DNA of 32,349 nucleotides from Octopus bimaculoides (Eukaryota). Position numbers and translations under genes: made by a program. The notes beneath the pieces were generated by a model that saw only the letters and a list, made by a program, of their open reading frames with translations, made no database searches and was not told the DNA's origin. Each line of letters begins with the position of its first letter. The first letter of the stretch is position 1. The stretch lies in NCBI RefSeq assembly GCF_001194135.2, contig NC_068986.1:113473630-113505978 (forward strand), written 5' to 3'. This document shows positions 10,050 through 22,099 of this stretch, piece after piece.

Positions 10050-11520
10050 TTTAATGTCTATGTTTCTGCCATGTTATTTGTTTTTGTTGCAATCCAACAC
10101 CGGGTTAGGCATTACATACGATATATTACAGGCTCTATTGCCAGCCATACAATTCTTGTCGTCCTCATTAAATCGTCCACCATATTGTTTACGTACGTTA
10201 TTCTTGTTGTCCTCCTTGTTTTGCTTCTGTTTAATTATTTGTTTTATTATTATATAGAAGTGAACTTACATATATCTTCTGTCTCGTTTTCACTAAAATC
10301 GTCGAGTTGCATGTACATGTTGCTGTTATATCTTCTTCTTTGCCATTGTCAGACAATGTTTTATTGGCGAACATTCTTTATCTTTTTCTTTTTCATTCCC
10401 TTACTCTTGTTATTCTAATCTTAATTTTATTTTTTCCTGTTCTTTCCTCGTTTTGCTATCATTATCAATAATGTTATCTTTATCATGTTCTCAACAGTTT
10501 CATTCGTGTCTCTCTTGCATTACCAGGTGCACTTCAGTGTTCTTCCCAGCTTTGCAGCATTGCTGTCTGGTGATGTTGTTTCATCTGTTTGTGATTTGAT
10601 GTGGCTTTCGGTACGCTTGTCACTGCCGTTCTTTTCGTCTTGCATCTGGTCTTCTGAGTGAGAGACTGCGTAGCGCGTGCATTAGCAGTTGTTTCATGTT
10701 GTCGAGATTTATTCCGCTTTCATACGTTCTGCTTACGTTATAATTTTTTTGTTTTTTTCTTTTGGGTTGTGATTTTGTAGAGAATGCATATATGAAGTGT
10801 GGTTGCTTTCTGTTGGGTGCTTCGGAGGAGTTTGTGTTGCTAGCTGTTGTATGAAATGTGAGTTGTTAGTCGATGAAAATCTCTTCTAAGCCTGTGTGTC
10901 TGTTATTTCATTTGCTTGTGATCATGTCGACTATATACTCCATAAGTTCTATTCAATTGCCTTTTGTTGAATATGGATTATACCTGTATCTGGTCTATGT
11001 GTACCTTTGTTTGGCTTTATATGATTTGAATGATTTTGGTCAGATCTGTCGGTTCCAGACATAGTTTATTGATTCAATAAGTTGTATAGTTTTATCATTC
11101 AAATCCGTAATACTATTAATCTTTTCAATTTCAAATAGTTTCTACACTTTGTCCCCTTTCCGTGGTTTTAGGGAAAATGGATTCAGACAGATACCAGAGT
11201 CAAGCGATAGCTTTCCATTCTCTGTTAATTATATATGTATGAAAAGTTTGCCTCAGACATTTATTTTAGCTTCACATGATGACGCTTTGACATAAATAAC
11301 GTCTCTTATCGTTGGATAGACTCGCGCTTGATAACGACTAGGGAACCAGGACTGGTGTAGTCGATTGATTTCATTCTCACAACTTTCCATCTTTTCCACT
11401 TTTGTATGTTTCTTATATTACACTTGCCGCATTTTAATTGCTAGGTACAGAGATCGACTTTCTTCGATTGCCTTTTTGAGGGAACAAATGAAGCTACCTT
11501 CATTTGTAGAACCGTACTTT
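10050..11520 (-). mobile_element. Degenerate coding-like block, possibly an ancient LINE ORF1-like region; family not identified
   Basis: Strong A-rich bias on minus; one frame at about 11520-11050 has few stops (KYGSTNEGSFICSLKKAIEE…TIRDVIYVKASSCEAK…KLFEIEKINSITDLNDK). Confidence 0.25.
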
Positions 11521-11559
11521 TTTTCTTTGTACTTGGCTGCGTGTTGGCTAATGTTTCTA

Positions 11560-12034
11560 TGTGTCAACTTATTCAGGGTCTTGTAAATGTAGTACGCCTA
11601 TGCAGAAGATTGATAGTAATATATCAACATTAGACAGGAGTGGGTATTTTGCGGTATTTCTTTCGTCTCCACGGAATGTTGATGCCTCCAGTGCCTCTAC
11701 AACTACTGCGATGACAATTACCCACTTCAATGCCCACATTCGTTTAGCAGCTTGTACTTTCAATGTATTCTAGCTCTTCGTCACCAGCTCGTGCATCCCC
11801 AAGTATAGCAATGTCCACAATCTTGGCTTCCTTCTTCCTTTTATTCACTACTGCAATGTCCTGTTTCCGAGATGCAATCAATGAGTCACACATTTATTAT
11901 CCTCGGTGACACCTTCTGGCTTATATTCCTATCTTTTCTGTTTTCTTTCAAGACCGTACTTCTCACACAAGCTCCAGTGAACAAGCTTAGCGACGTTATC
12001 ATGCTCCCTTTTACATTCCTTTTGGGCCGGTTTA

Positions 12035-12072
<38 letters not shown>

Positions 12073-13480
12073 ACACACACACATTATGTGGGAGTTTTTC
12101 GTTTTTGCTGCCACACATCCTACAAAGGGGCAACTCACTGTTCTTATATATTTGGAACTTACTCTTAGAGCTTGCTCGAGTGCTCTGCATATCAATGCCT
12201 CACTAAATCCTTTCTGGTCACTTTTCCTTAGCCATTTCCAGATTTTCGTCTAGTCTTTCCCTTCTATTTTCCTGAGGTATTACCGATGAATCGTTTTCAT
12301 TTTTCAGTTGTTTAACCTTCGTTCTTCAGCTTGTTTCTGAAATGTTTTGGGGCTGCGCTACATTTTCATTGGGTATGGAGATGCTTTTTCTAACTGTGAA
12401 ACAAGGGCTCAATCTGCTGTTTGACGTACCATTCCAAACTCTTTTCTCATTGACAAGTCAGATCTTCTCTCTCCCTTGTGTCCCTTGTGGACATAAAGTC
12501 TATCGATATCGCTTTTAGTGTGTAGTTCAATGTCATCACTTTCCTGGTTCTTCAATCATTTTCCTTGAGTTCTTTCTTTGTCCACCTAACAACAAATGTA
12601 CTGTATCTCATTAAGGAGACAGCCTATGCATTCGTTTCCCTCATCTTGTTCTTCCCATTCAATCTACTCTCCATAATGAATTTGGCTCTTCTGACATATT
12701 CTCTCATAAAGGTTTCCTTCATCTCACTCTCCTTGATTTTGTCGCACTCCAAAATATCCAGTTACTTAAACCATCGATCTCAACATCGTTCAACAACGCT
12801 ACTTGAACATTTTTTATGATAATCATACCACACTTGTTAATCCCAAATATCTGCACTGTTGAAAGTTCACGTTCAATCTTATCGTAAATCTTTGAGTCGT
12901 CCTCATGTAACAGGTGTTCAGTTTGTCATTCTATAAAATCTTTTCTAATGCATCATTATAGAACATCTAACGAGGCAGCATTTCTTATTTCTGGCATAAT
13001 TACCATTGTATGAAAGCCTGAACTCTGTAATGTCTGTAGAGGCAGTCTTTCTTGGCTAAAACTGGGCAGAGACAATGCATATAATACTTTCTTCTTTCTT
13101 TCTCGCTCGCTCTTTCATCATAAATTTTAAATTGCATCATCCGTGCGGCTTCATTCCATTCATCTGCTTGTTCCTGCTGCGTAGGTGTTGTGTTGATTTT
13201 CTGCCAAATTATAACTCATTCAGTCGCAACTTTGAATCCTACCTGTTTCAACTAGTATTTGCATTGTCTTTGTTTAGTTGCACCTTGCTTAATATATTTT
13301 GTCTATTTTCACTTTTCATCTATCTTCCAAGTGGGAAATTTCATTTGCTACTACTTTACCAAGGATTCTGTAATATTTTGATCTCATCTTTAGGCTATTA
13401 ACAATCTCACTCGTCTGTGACTTCAGACGTTGCTGTTATATTCGTTAATATTTTTGATGTAACAAACTGGTTTTGCTATT
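11560..13480 (-). mobile_element. R4/Dong-clade (restriction-like endonuclease) non-LTR retrotransposon remnant
   Basis: RT: HLLHEDDSKIY (about HLLFMDDLKLY), FGINKCG, ILECDKIKESEMKETFMREYVRR…AVSLMRY, HTKSDIDRLYV. Then WLRKSDQKGFSEALICRALEQAL, SHIM…CSKPAQKECKREHDNVAKLVHWSLCEKYGL. RLE: SRKQDIAVVNKRKKEAKIVDIAILGD. Stops and frameshifts throughout; the first half of RT appears deleted. Confidence 0.85.
12037..12083. repeat. (AC)n microsatellite inside the R4 zinc-finger codons
   Basis: Minus strand: TCC CAC ATA ATG (TG)n TGT AGT AAA, i.e. SHIM…CSK. Confidence 0.9.
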
Positions 13481-13986
13481 TTCTTCGTATCATCTTGTAT
13501 TCGATATTCAGTATCCTAAAATGTAAAAATTATAATTCTTTTCTGATTCCGTAAGGTACCCAATTACCTAAAACCTAGGTGAATATAACATTTCTACGTC
13601 ACATTTTCTTTCGTATATCATAAATACAGTTATAATATTTCTTCTTTTTCTGCCTGTCGACCCACTTAGTACGCAGCTAAGAAAAGTATGGCTACAGTGT
13701 ACTTACAAAGTAATTTTATAACATTCTGCAAACACTGCATGGGAGAAATTATTTATTTTTAAGTAAATGCACTGAGAGGTCGCAAACGATCGAGTATACA
13801 TACAATCAAACATATGGAAAAGAAGCGAGGGACCAAGTTGGAAGATTGTCATTTTTATTGAAAATTCATCAGCAACAAGCTGTCATTCTTCAAATCTTTC
13901 CATTGTTACTGCATTTGCAGCTACTGAGATTTTTTTTTTTTTTTTTTAAATTGGTAGATACAAATTTGCCAAAATTTCACGGGAAT

Positions 13987-14051
13987 ATGGTGTAGTGGTT
14001 AAGAGCGCAGGCTACTAATCCCAAGATTCTGAGTCCGATTCCAGGCAGTGA

Positions 14052-14101
<50 letters not shown>

Positions 14102-14147
14102 CTAATAATAACATGGAAAAATACCTTAGGAATTAGAACCCAGGTTC
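13987..14147 (+). mobile_element. tRNA-headed SINE-like element with internal (AAT)n, 3'-truncated
   Basis: TGGTGTAGTGGTTAAGAGCGCAGGCTACTAATCCCAAGATTCTGAGTCCGATTCCAGGCAG (A box, degenerate B box), then (AAT)n at 14056-14110 and AAAAATACCTTAGGAATTAGAACCCAGGTTC. Confidence 0.7.
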
Positions 14148-14194
14148 TCTTTTTACTTCTTTCTTTCTCTCTCTCTCTCTCTTTCTCTCTTTCT

Positions 14195-14220
14195 ATTTAT
14201 CAATCTATCTATCTATTTAA

Positions 14221-14275
<55 letters not shown>
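14195..14275. repeat. (CTAT)n microsatellite
   Basis: Read directly. Confidence 0.95.
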
Positions 14276-14276
<1 letters not shown>

Positions 14277-14564
14277 TGAGAGTTACTATATCTTATATTA
14301 GCCCTTATATGTTGGCTTCGGCACGTTTCTAGCTTTTTTTGTTCTTTGTTTTTTTTTTTTTGTTCTAAGTTATTTAATTTACTCACTTTCAAGCTTACTA
14401 CGTATAATATTGGAGCTGTAAATTAATACAGGATTGGTTAGTGTATTTTCATGTATAATTTTATTTCTTCCATTGAATTCAGATAATAACATTTCCATCT
14501 ATCTGCTTCATTTCTGAGTATTTTTATGTTTGCGAGTCGTCGTGGCAAACAAAAAATATTGTTG

Positions 14565-14621
14565 TTATGGTTGTTTTTGTTGTAGTTTTTGTTGTTGTTG
14601 TTGTTGCCAATAGTAGTAGTT

Positions 14622-14671
<50 letters not shown>
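14565..14671. repeat. (GTT)n/(GTA)n microsatellites
   Basis: Read directly. Confidence 0.95.
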
Positions 14672-14782
14672 TTTACATGTGAATGTTCAAGTGAGGGAAA
14701 GAATATGTCAGAGTTTGGAAGAGAAAAAAAAATTGTAACCTGATTTCTTTAGGAAGAAAATCAAAATCTCTCCTTTACTCAC

Positions 14783-14925
14783 AAAATGCTACAGAATATC
14801 CAGACCTCCGTTACATAATGTAACTTTGAGAAAATTGTCTCAAAATTGGTTCCTAACTGCATAGATCTCTGCAATGTTGTAATTAGCACAATATGATGCT
14901 CGCCACGTTGACGGTAGCAGCAGAC
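14783..14925 (-). CDS. Candidate internal exon, product unknown
   Basis: Acceptor TTGTAAATGTTGTTAG| and donor TTT|GTGAGT; 143 nt with one open frame, VCCYRQRGEHHIVLITTLQRSMQLGTNFETIFSKLHYVTEVWIFCSI. Not assignable to a family. Confidence 0.2.
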
Positions 14926-15199
14926 CTAACAACATTTACAAAGCTATTTCCATTTATTCGTAAATAAATATGTCTATTTAAAAAAAAAAAAACTGACTGA
15001 GTGAAATATACACAGACAACATGTAGTTAAGTAACGGAAACAATATACACAGTGATGATGGAAACATTAATTCAAAAGAGAGACGAAACAGTAGACAGAG
15101 AATGAACAGCCTCAAACACATCGTTAAACAACAGTTCATCTATTGAAGATCGTCTGAAGCGTTCAGGTAAAGGAAAAGGAAAAAATGTTTGGATGAAAT

Positions 15200-15780
15200 T
15201 TGGGAAGGAGTATTTTGTCGTTTTTAGGGAGGAGAGGGTGATATTTCAAAGAAATGATGAGATGAAATGCGACAGAAATCCATTTCAAAGCAGCAAATGT
15301 CTTCCATATATTCTCTACTGAACATTGGGAATGGTCCCCGAATAAGGACATGGAAAAATCGCGAAAGTAAAGAAATCGAGTTGCTGCGTGGCTGCCGTGG
15401 GCCTGCTGCAACCTTTCCAGTCAAAAGAGAAGACTCAGACAGAAAATGGAATTATTCATATCCATAATTGTCTTCTCATCAGTTTTAAGTTATGGTACGA
15501 GCAATTAGCATGTGCTCAGACAGTGTCTGCATAGACATCCCCATCATGTGGGACATGTAAGATTCTGAGGTTATGTCGTAGCTAGAACCGTTATGTTAGC
15601 TGAAGGGTCATAGAGAAAGTTTGGGATGGAAGAAGGTTTCAATTGCTTACAGTATGAAGTGGGTCATTTGAATATAACCAACCTCGAATCAGAGGAAAAC
15701 CAAAAGAGAAATGAGTTCAAGTTCCATTCGAGAGAGATATTGACAGCAACAATAGGGTCTTGATTTGTAAGTAAACATTA
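15200..15780 (+). mobile_element. Decayed RTE-like LINE 3' ORF2 fragment
   Basis: SKEIE…AATF, MELFISIIVFSSVLSYG (about KLRLY…VLLYG), HVGHVR and PRIRGKPK (about RGRGRPK) occur in the expected order across frameshifts. Confidence 0.4.
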
Positions 15781-16675
15781 ATTGTCGCTGTTCTACTGTT
15801 TATTTCAGAGATCCTGGGTTTGACGCTTTCATGTTATAAAGGGTCGAAGCAGTGGCAAATGAAGTCATCCTTCAACTGAACCAAGATCCGTCCAGTAGAG
15901 CTCCGAGAAGTCAAGGGGGTTTCATATGTATTGCAGGACCAGAGAGGCGTTCTGCTCATCATTACATCATTATATGTGCATTGCAATTAAGTGAAGAGGA
16001 AACCTGAGTTAGAGTGTTGGAAAGAATGGCAAAGTACTACAAAACACGAAGAGCAATTCAACTTGACATGGGTTGAAGACAAATGGTTTAATGGAAGTGT
16101 TCCGTAGACTCGGAATTGCTTGTATGACTGAGCCAACGGTCAAAGAAAATTTGATAATGCTGACATAAAATAGAAAAAAAGATCGGTAGAATATACCAAC
16201 GTCGGGTAGGTCGGAATAATCACATGCAAGAATACGATGAACAAAATTTGCAGCATAGTAATAAAGGGGAAAACGGTCGAGCATGAGAGACAGCCTTAGT
16301 TGAACTTTCATGTCTGGGAAGAGTCATTCTCTTTCAGTGCCTTGTTATGTAACACACGCACGGGTTCGATTTCCACTCATTTTCTGTATTTTTCTAAAAT
16401 TTTCGTTGTCTTGCAACCTTTTCCATAGTCGTTGACTCTCACCGCCATAGGAGCTGCGGTCTGTTTTTTTTTTTATTTGGTTGTTTGTTTGAACACATGT
16501 GCGTGCGTCTGTGTGCATGTGTATATACATATGTATGTATATATATATATATGAGTGAACTGTACGTATGTGTGTGTAAAACACTAAAAGAGGATGAGTC
16601 TCCCCAGACAATAAAGTATGCTTCCACACAGGAATTCATGTAAAGAATCTAGCAAATATAAGAAAAAACAAAATA

Positions 16676-16785
16676 TATGTGTATGTATGTATGTACGTGT
16701 GTATGTACGTATGTATGTATGTATGTACGTATGTACGTATGTATGTACGTACGTACGTATGTATGTATGTATGTATGTATGTGCA
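16676..16785. repeat. Mixed (TATG)/(TACG) tetranucleotide repeat
   Basis: Read directly. Confidence 0.95.
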
Positions 16786-16889
16786 AGTATACATGGACAC
16801 ATGTATTATAATCTTTTTGTTGTATTTATGACTTCTCTGCCTGATAAACAGTACAGTATTACTATGCAAAATTATTTCCATGCTCCTAT

Positions 16890-17560
16890 AATTATCAGAG
16901 ACGGATCAACATCTGATCAAATCTCGTATGTTGTTCTTAGGCATCTTGTACAACATACGATGACGCCTCAATTCCATTATACGTTTGTCTATAGCTATGA
17001 GTTTGCGTATTGTGTCGATTTCCCCAATTACTGCAGAAACAACTTTCACTTACGTTTTCCAAAATCTCTCTGGCTCTCAGGCTACATCCTGTTATTTCTC
17101 GACTTCCGCAGTTGTCTATATATACTCACTAATATAGTATGAGATTGCAAAATCAATATCTCAGACAAAGTCTATTTACTTCCTTCATAACTAAGATTAG
17201 TACCAAACAAGAAATCTCATAAAATCTTGTAATTATCAGTAACTGTGACAGCATCGGATTGGTGTTCATCCCAATTTCCTATCAATGTTAATTTACGGAT
17301 GTTACTAACGTCTCAACATACAAATTTACCACCATAATCATGCTTGCGTTTATACTCTTTTCGTTCCAGCTTACAGCGCTCGCGTATTTTATGTATTTTA
17401 TGTCTGTTTGCATTTTACCTGTCTTTGTTTCTATCAACGTTATTCTAATGCTTAGTCCTTGAACAGTTATAATTAGTGATATAGTTTCGGTTTGCAGGTC
17501 TCCCACCGTCTGCCACAACCAACGCATTGCTTTTCCAACATGCTCGGTTGTTGCACGGAG
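16890..17560 (-). mobile_element. Second R4/Dong-clade LINE remnant (C-terminal CCHC and RLE region)
   Basis: WLWQTVGDLQTETISLIITVQGLSIR; CKLERKEYKRKHDYGGKFV; WDEHQSDAVTVTDNYKIL*DF; DIDFAIS…EVEK*QDVA*EPERFWKT*VKVVSAVIG. Confidence 0.8.
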
Positions 17561-17629
17561 TATATAAATATACATACATATATACATATATACATATGTG
17601 TTAATGCATACGTACACACAAATGTGTGT

Positions 17630-17690
<61 letters not shown>

Positions 17691-17692
17691 AT
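17560..17692. repeat. (TA/CATA) and (TG)n microsatellites
   Basis: Read directly. Confidence 0.9.
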
Positions 17693-18463
17693 GGACTCTC
17701 CTGTCGAAGGCGATGGGCGTATGAGTGTTCAGCTGTTTGCAACGTATGGAGTTTGAAGTCGAACGCAGCACGACATGTGATCAAGAACTCGAACACCATG
17801 TACGATAAGAAGCTCTAACACACTTCTGAATTTTAGATACGAAATGTTCAGGGCTTATAAGCATATGGCTAAGTTCTTGTTGACGAATTGGATAGTACCA
17901 CCCTCTCTGAGTCAAGCGGCTTTACCGCAGACTCTTGGTCACTATCTTTTCAGCCTTATATTTTACAGTCAAAGGAGAAATAACTCTAAATCTCCACTGC
18001 TGCCTCTTTCTGCTTTGTTTTCTCTTTTTTTCGGTTTTTCAACATTTCACTTTTTGTATCGACTTTTCTCTCGGCTTTTCTCGCATTTTCTCTCATACTA
18101 TCGACCCATTTTTAAGTTTTCTTGCCATATGTACCACGGATGAAGATTGTGGAGATGCCACACTTGGTAGAAAATAATGCCTGACGTGCTTTCATTTTAT
18201 GTGACTAATAGCAGCACATAGAAAACTATTTTTTTTTATTAAATAATACTTGTCTCTCACCAAATGGAGCACTTTTTTGTTGTTCTGACCATCACGGAAC
18301 AGTAAATTACATATGTGGTGTGTGTGTGTGTGTGTGTGTGTGTCTTTGCGAGGTGTGCGTCCAAATATTTTTCCCATTCTTAAAATCGTTCATGTACAAG
18401 ATTTACATTGCATGCATTGTATTTTATATTTGATCCTTTTAAGCAATTATCATTGAACTAGTG

Positions 18464-18465
<2 letters not shown>

Positions 18466-18521
<56 letters not shown>
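18466..18521. repeat. (ATT)n microsatellite
   Basis: Read directly. Confidence 0.95.
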
Positions 18522-18522
18522 G

Positions 18523-18652
18523 CTTTTCATCCGTTCGGGGTTGATTAAATAAGTACCAGTTTCGTACTGGAGTAGATGTAATCGACTTAATCCCTTTGTC
18601 TGTCCTCGTTTGTGTGCCATATATTTATCCCCCTGTGGACAGTAAAGAAATA
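18523..18652 (+). mobile_element. SINE 3' fragment (Octopus-type)
   Basis: TTTCATCCGTTCGGGGTTGATTAAATAAGTACCAGT…CTGGAGTAGATGTAATCGACTT is homologous to the minus-strand SINE at 23665-23866 in this window. Confidence 0.7.
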
Positions 18653-20001
18653 AATTATTATAATTATTATTATTATATTATTATGAAACGTTTTCCCTTA
18701 TATCTTTTGTATTAACATACTATCCATCGGGTGCCACCCAGATACCTGAGGCAGGTAACGGATATGAGGTTTTTAATGCATTATGTGAAAATATGATGTC
18801 GGGAATTGCAACGGCTAAATAAATTAAAAATAAGACTTTTATACATATTATTGTGTATATAAATAGACGATCCATAGACTTTTATTTTATTAATATATGT
18901 AACTGAAGATGAAAACACTTATGTTTCATAGAACTTTTAGAGCACTCTTTTGGAATGTTTCTGTATATGTTTTTCATACTAGGAGAGATAAGAAAATGTT
19001 TAGTTATTTTCAAATATTTTAAACATTAATTTCGAATGTTTATATTGAAATTAATATGGCGACTAACAAGTAAGGAGACAACGCTTCATGAAACATTCAA
19101 TTGAATGCAACAACACACAAATCAAGCAAATTGAGAAAGACAGCAAATTGAATAATACAGCCAAACGTAAACACTTCATAAGAAGAGAATAATGATTTTT
19201 CATTTTTTTTTTCTCCGCAAAACATTAATATCGAAGTACACCTTCAAACGAATTGGCAAAACAGTACATTCACAACTTTCATACATATTTTCACAAAGGG
19301 AAATATTGTAAACGCTATTAACGATAACAGTAGTAGTTGTTCTAACATTATTAGCGAGAAGCCGTTTTCGAATACGAAGCAAATCTAGCCAAAGTAGGGT
19401 CCATAACAATAAACTGTCAGAGAGAATTTTTTGTTTCTCATTTTGTTTCTTTTTTTATTTTTACATGAATGAATAAAGAGACAAATGGTATAATTTTGAT
19501 TTGCAAAGAGTGAGTAACATATCTTAGGACCATAGAAATGAAACCGGGCACCATGTGGGCCGATATGTGTATAAAGGGAACTGAACTGAGTTGATTTTAG
19601 CCCATAAGCAAATAAGCGTACAGTACAAATTACACTATTAATGAAGCCAATACACAATAGTAATATTCTATTGGCAGATAGCATTTTAGCTACGCCTACA
19701 CCAACATGAGGGTCTTTTCCTGCACTCTTTCAGGCCCATTCGAAACTGAAGATTATGGCTAAAATTCGGTCAGATGTTTGGAGTACTCAGCCATGATTTT
19801 GGTTGCAGAATCCGATCAGACTGTTGCGGAGACAACTTAAATGCTTATTTTTATAAAATTATTTTGAGTGTATTTAATTATGCCTTTCAGGCAATCACGT
19901 GTTTATATAATCAGTTTACGAGATATCAATTTTTGTGTATTTTAAAAGAATCCTATAGTTGTCTTCTCATATATAGACATATATACATGCATACATGCAT
20001 A

Positions 20002-20037
<36 letters not shown>

Positions 20038-20646
20038 ACGATGTTGATAGTATGTATGGTAGAGCATTTGTACATTTAATAAAACATTGGTTCCACTTTT
20101 TCGTTGATATTGTGGCCATAAAGTTAATGTATTTTGGTTTTCATTCTTGCATAAAATTGTCAAACATTAACAAACTTTAGTCATATCAGTTATCAACGGA
20201 TCATTTGGTTCGATTAAGTATAAAACCCCGGACCACTAGAAGCCGTTCGTCATACGTTTGTTCCAAAAATTTCTCTTTATTGAAACAGCACATATTCCAG
20301 AAAATTATGAGAATCGCCATAACGGGATCGATAAGGTAAACTACCAGTCAAATACAAAGGTCGATGACATCGATTGATGCGCACTTCAGCTCGAAATTAC
20401 TTGACTTCTACACGTGTACTGAACATTTTCACTGCATATTGAGGTTTGTGTTTTAAGGTTAAACACCAACCTGTATTTTCATCGAAACACATCGTTTAGT
20501 CAACCAAGATTGAAGAATTTTACTATACATAATATAAGTGATATTTGATAAAATATATCAAATGTATCGCAGAGTCTGCATTTAGGGTCAGAACAATTTG
20601 GTAGAATGTTAGCCTGGTAGCTGCTTGTGAGCAGGCTTTGGTCATG

Positions 20647-20667
20647 TGCTGCCAATATGAAACATTA

Positions 20668-20719
<52 letters not shown>

Positions 20720-20765
20720 CATTATTATTATTATCGTCGTCATCGTCGTCATCCCCATCATCATC
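20647..20765. repeat. (TAT)n/(CAT)n trinucleotide repeats
   Basis: Read directly; source of the polyY/H ORF 20627..20914. Confidence 0.95.
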
Positions 20766-20767
20766 AT

Positions 20768-20930
20768 AAAATCGTCAGTGCGTCGGATCAAATGCTTAAC
20801 TGGAGTTTTGGAATTCAGCTTTCGATTTTCACCGATCCTAGCTTTGCTTGTAACCTCTCGGTGGTCGACAAAATAAATTTTCAGACAAGTACTTGGGTCA
20901 CTAGTATTTACTAACGCCGCCTCTCAGAAC
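20768..20930 (+). mobile_element. Degenerate SINE (same superfamily as 23665-23866)
   Basis: AATCGTCAGTGCGTCGGATCAAATGCTTA…AGCTTTGC…GGTGGTCGACAAAATAA…AAGTACTTGGGTC. Confidence 0.5.
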
Positions 20931-21504
20931 TGTTTACCTTGTACCAAACTTTGACAATATTATGATTGTTGTTGCTGTTGTTGTTTTTGTTGCCAACATT
21001 TCAAAGCATTTCATGTGATTGCATAATCTTCACATTTACTTTTGTACAGTTTTGAACGTTATCTATTTCAAAGATTCAACAAGAAATACCGCCTCCACGA
21101 AGTAGTTTTTACACATCTTTGAATAGCATCCATAATTTCCCTTGGTTTTAAACGCAGCGGCATATACTGCGTTGTAATGTATTCAAGAAAACTTTATTTC
21201 CCTTCCGCTGAAATAAAAAAAAAAGAGCTACGAATTCTTCATAAAATGTGTTTCCATCCATCTTGAAAAATGGCGCAAAAAAACTACTTTGAAACTTAAA
21301 AATACAAACAATTCACCAGTTAAATGACACAATTTACTGTGTTAAACGTATCTCTAATGTATTTATAATCGACATATCAACATTACAGTTATTCTTATAT
21401 CGTGTAAAAGCTTACTGGAAAGTATGGAAAGTAAGAAATTACAGTAATGAAGCTTTTGAATTAAAAATTATCATGGCGTTTAATAATTGTGTGTCACACC
21501 ATAT

Positions 21505-21672
21505 CTTTTATCTTTTACATTTATCTTGTTTCAGTCATTGCACTAAGACCATGCTGGCGCACTGCGTTGAAGAATTTAGTCAAACAAAGTGATGGAAGTA
21601 CATATTTGTAAGTATGGTATTTATATTATCGTCATTTTATCTGAACCATTAGGTCAAGGAGACACAAACAAA
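21505..21672 (-). mobile_element. Degenerate SINE fragment
   Basis: Plus strand TTATCTTGTTTCAGTCATTG…CCATGCTGGCGCACTGCGTTGAAGAATTTAGTC resembles a recalled abundant Octopus SINE end. Confidence 0.5.
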
Positions 21673-21984
21673 ATGATTTTGTCTAGATGTTCTGTTGTGG
21701 ATTAATGTTGTACTTAAGTTTGGTTTTGAGAAATGGGGAAGTTGTCGAAGGTATCGATGATGACGTTTTAGTTGTTTGGCTAACGGAATTATTATTCAAG
21801 CTATTCATTGTGAATGATATGTGCACACAGATGTCAATTTCTAGGCGCAAAATGCTCAACACAGTGTGGAAATGATAGCCGTGTTTCACTCTATAAAGAG
21901 AGACAGAAGTACAAACAGATAGACAAAGGCAGAGAGAGAGAGAGGAGGCAAACATGTGAAGAAAGAAAAAAAGAGACAAACAAC

Positions 21985-22038
21985 AAGCAAATAGAAAGAA
22001 AGAAAGACTGAAAGAAAGAAAGAAAGAAAGAGAGCGAG

Positions 22039-22077
<39 letters not shown>
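21985..22077. repeat. (AAAG)n repeat
   Basis: Read directly. Confidence 0.95.
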
Positions 22078-22099
22078 ATTCTTGGGTACCCAGATTTTT

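Noticed and set aside
13987-14055. Functional tRNA gene (also the SINE heads at 3985-4054 and 25247-25300)
   Set aside because: Degenerate B box or stems, no T-run terminator, and each continues into a SINE body.
15440-15482. Minus-strand CTGATGAG heptamer
   Set aside because: No stem II or GAAA at the right spacing; expected by chance.
18903-18934. CTGAAGA followed by a small hairpin as a hammerhead
   Set aside because: It is followed by TAGAAC rather than GAAA, with no convincing stem I or III.
20627-20914. PolyY/polyH ORF
   Set aside because: It is a (TAT)n/(CAT)n repeat followed by a SINE remnant.
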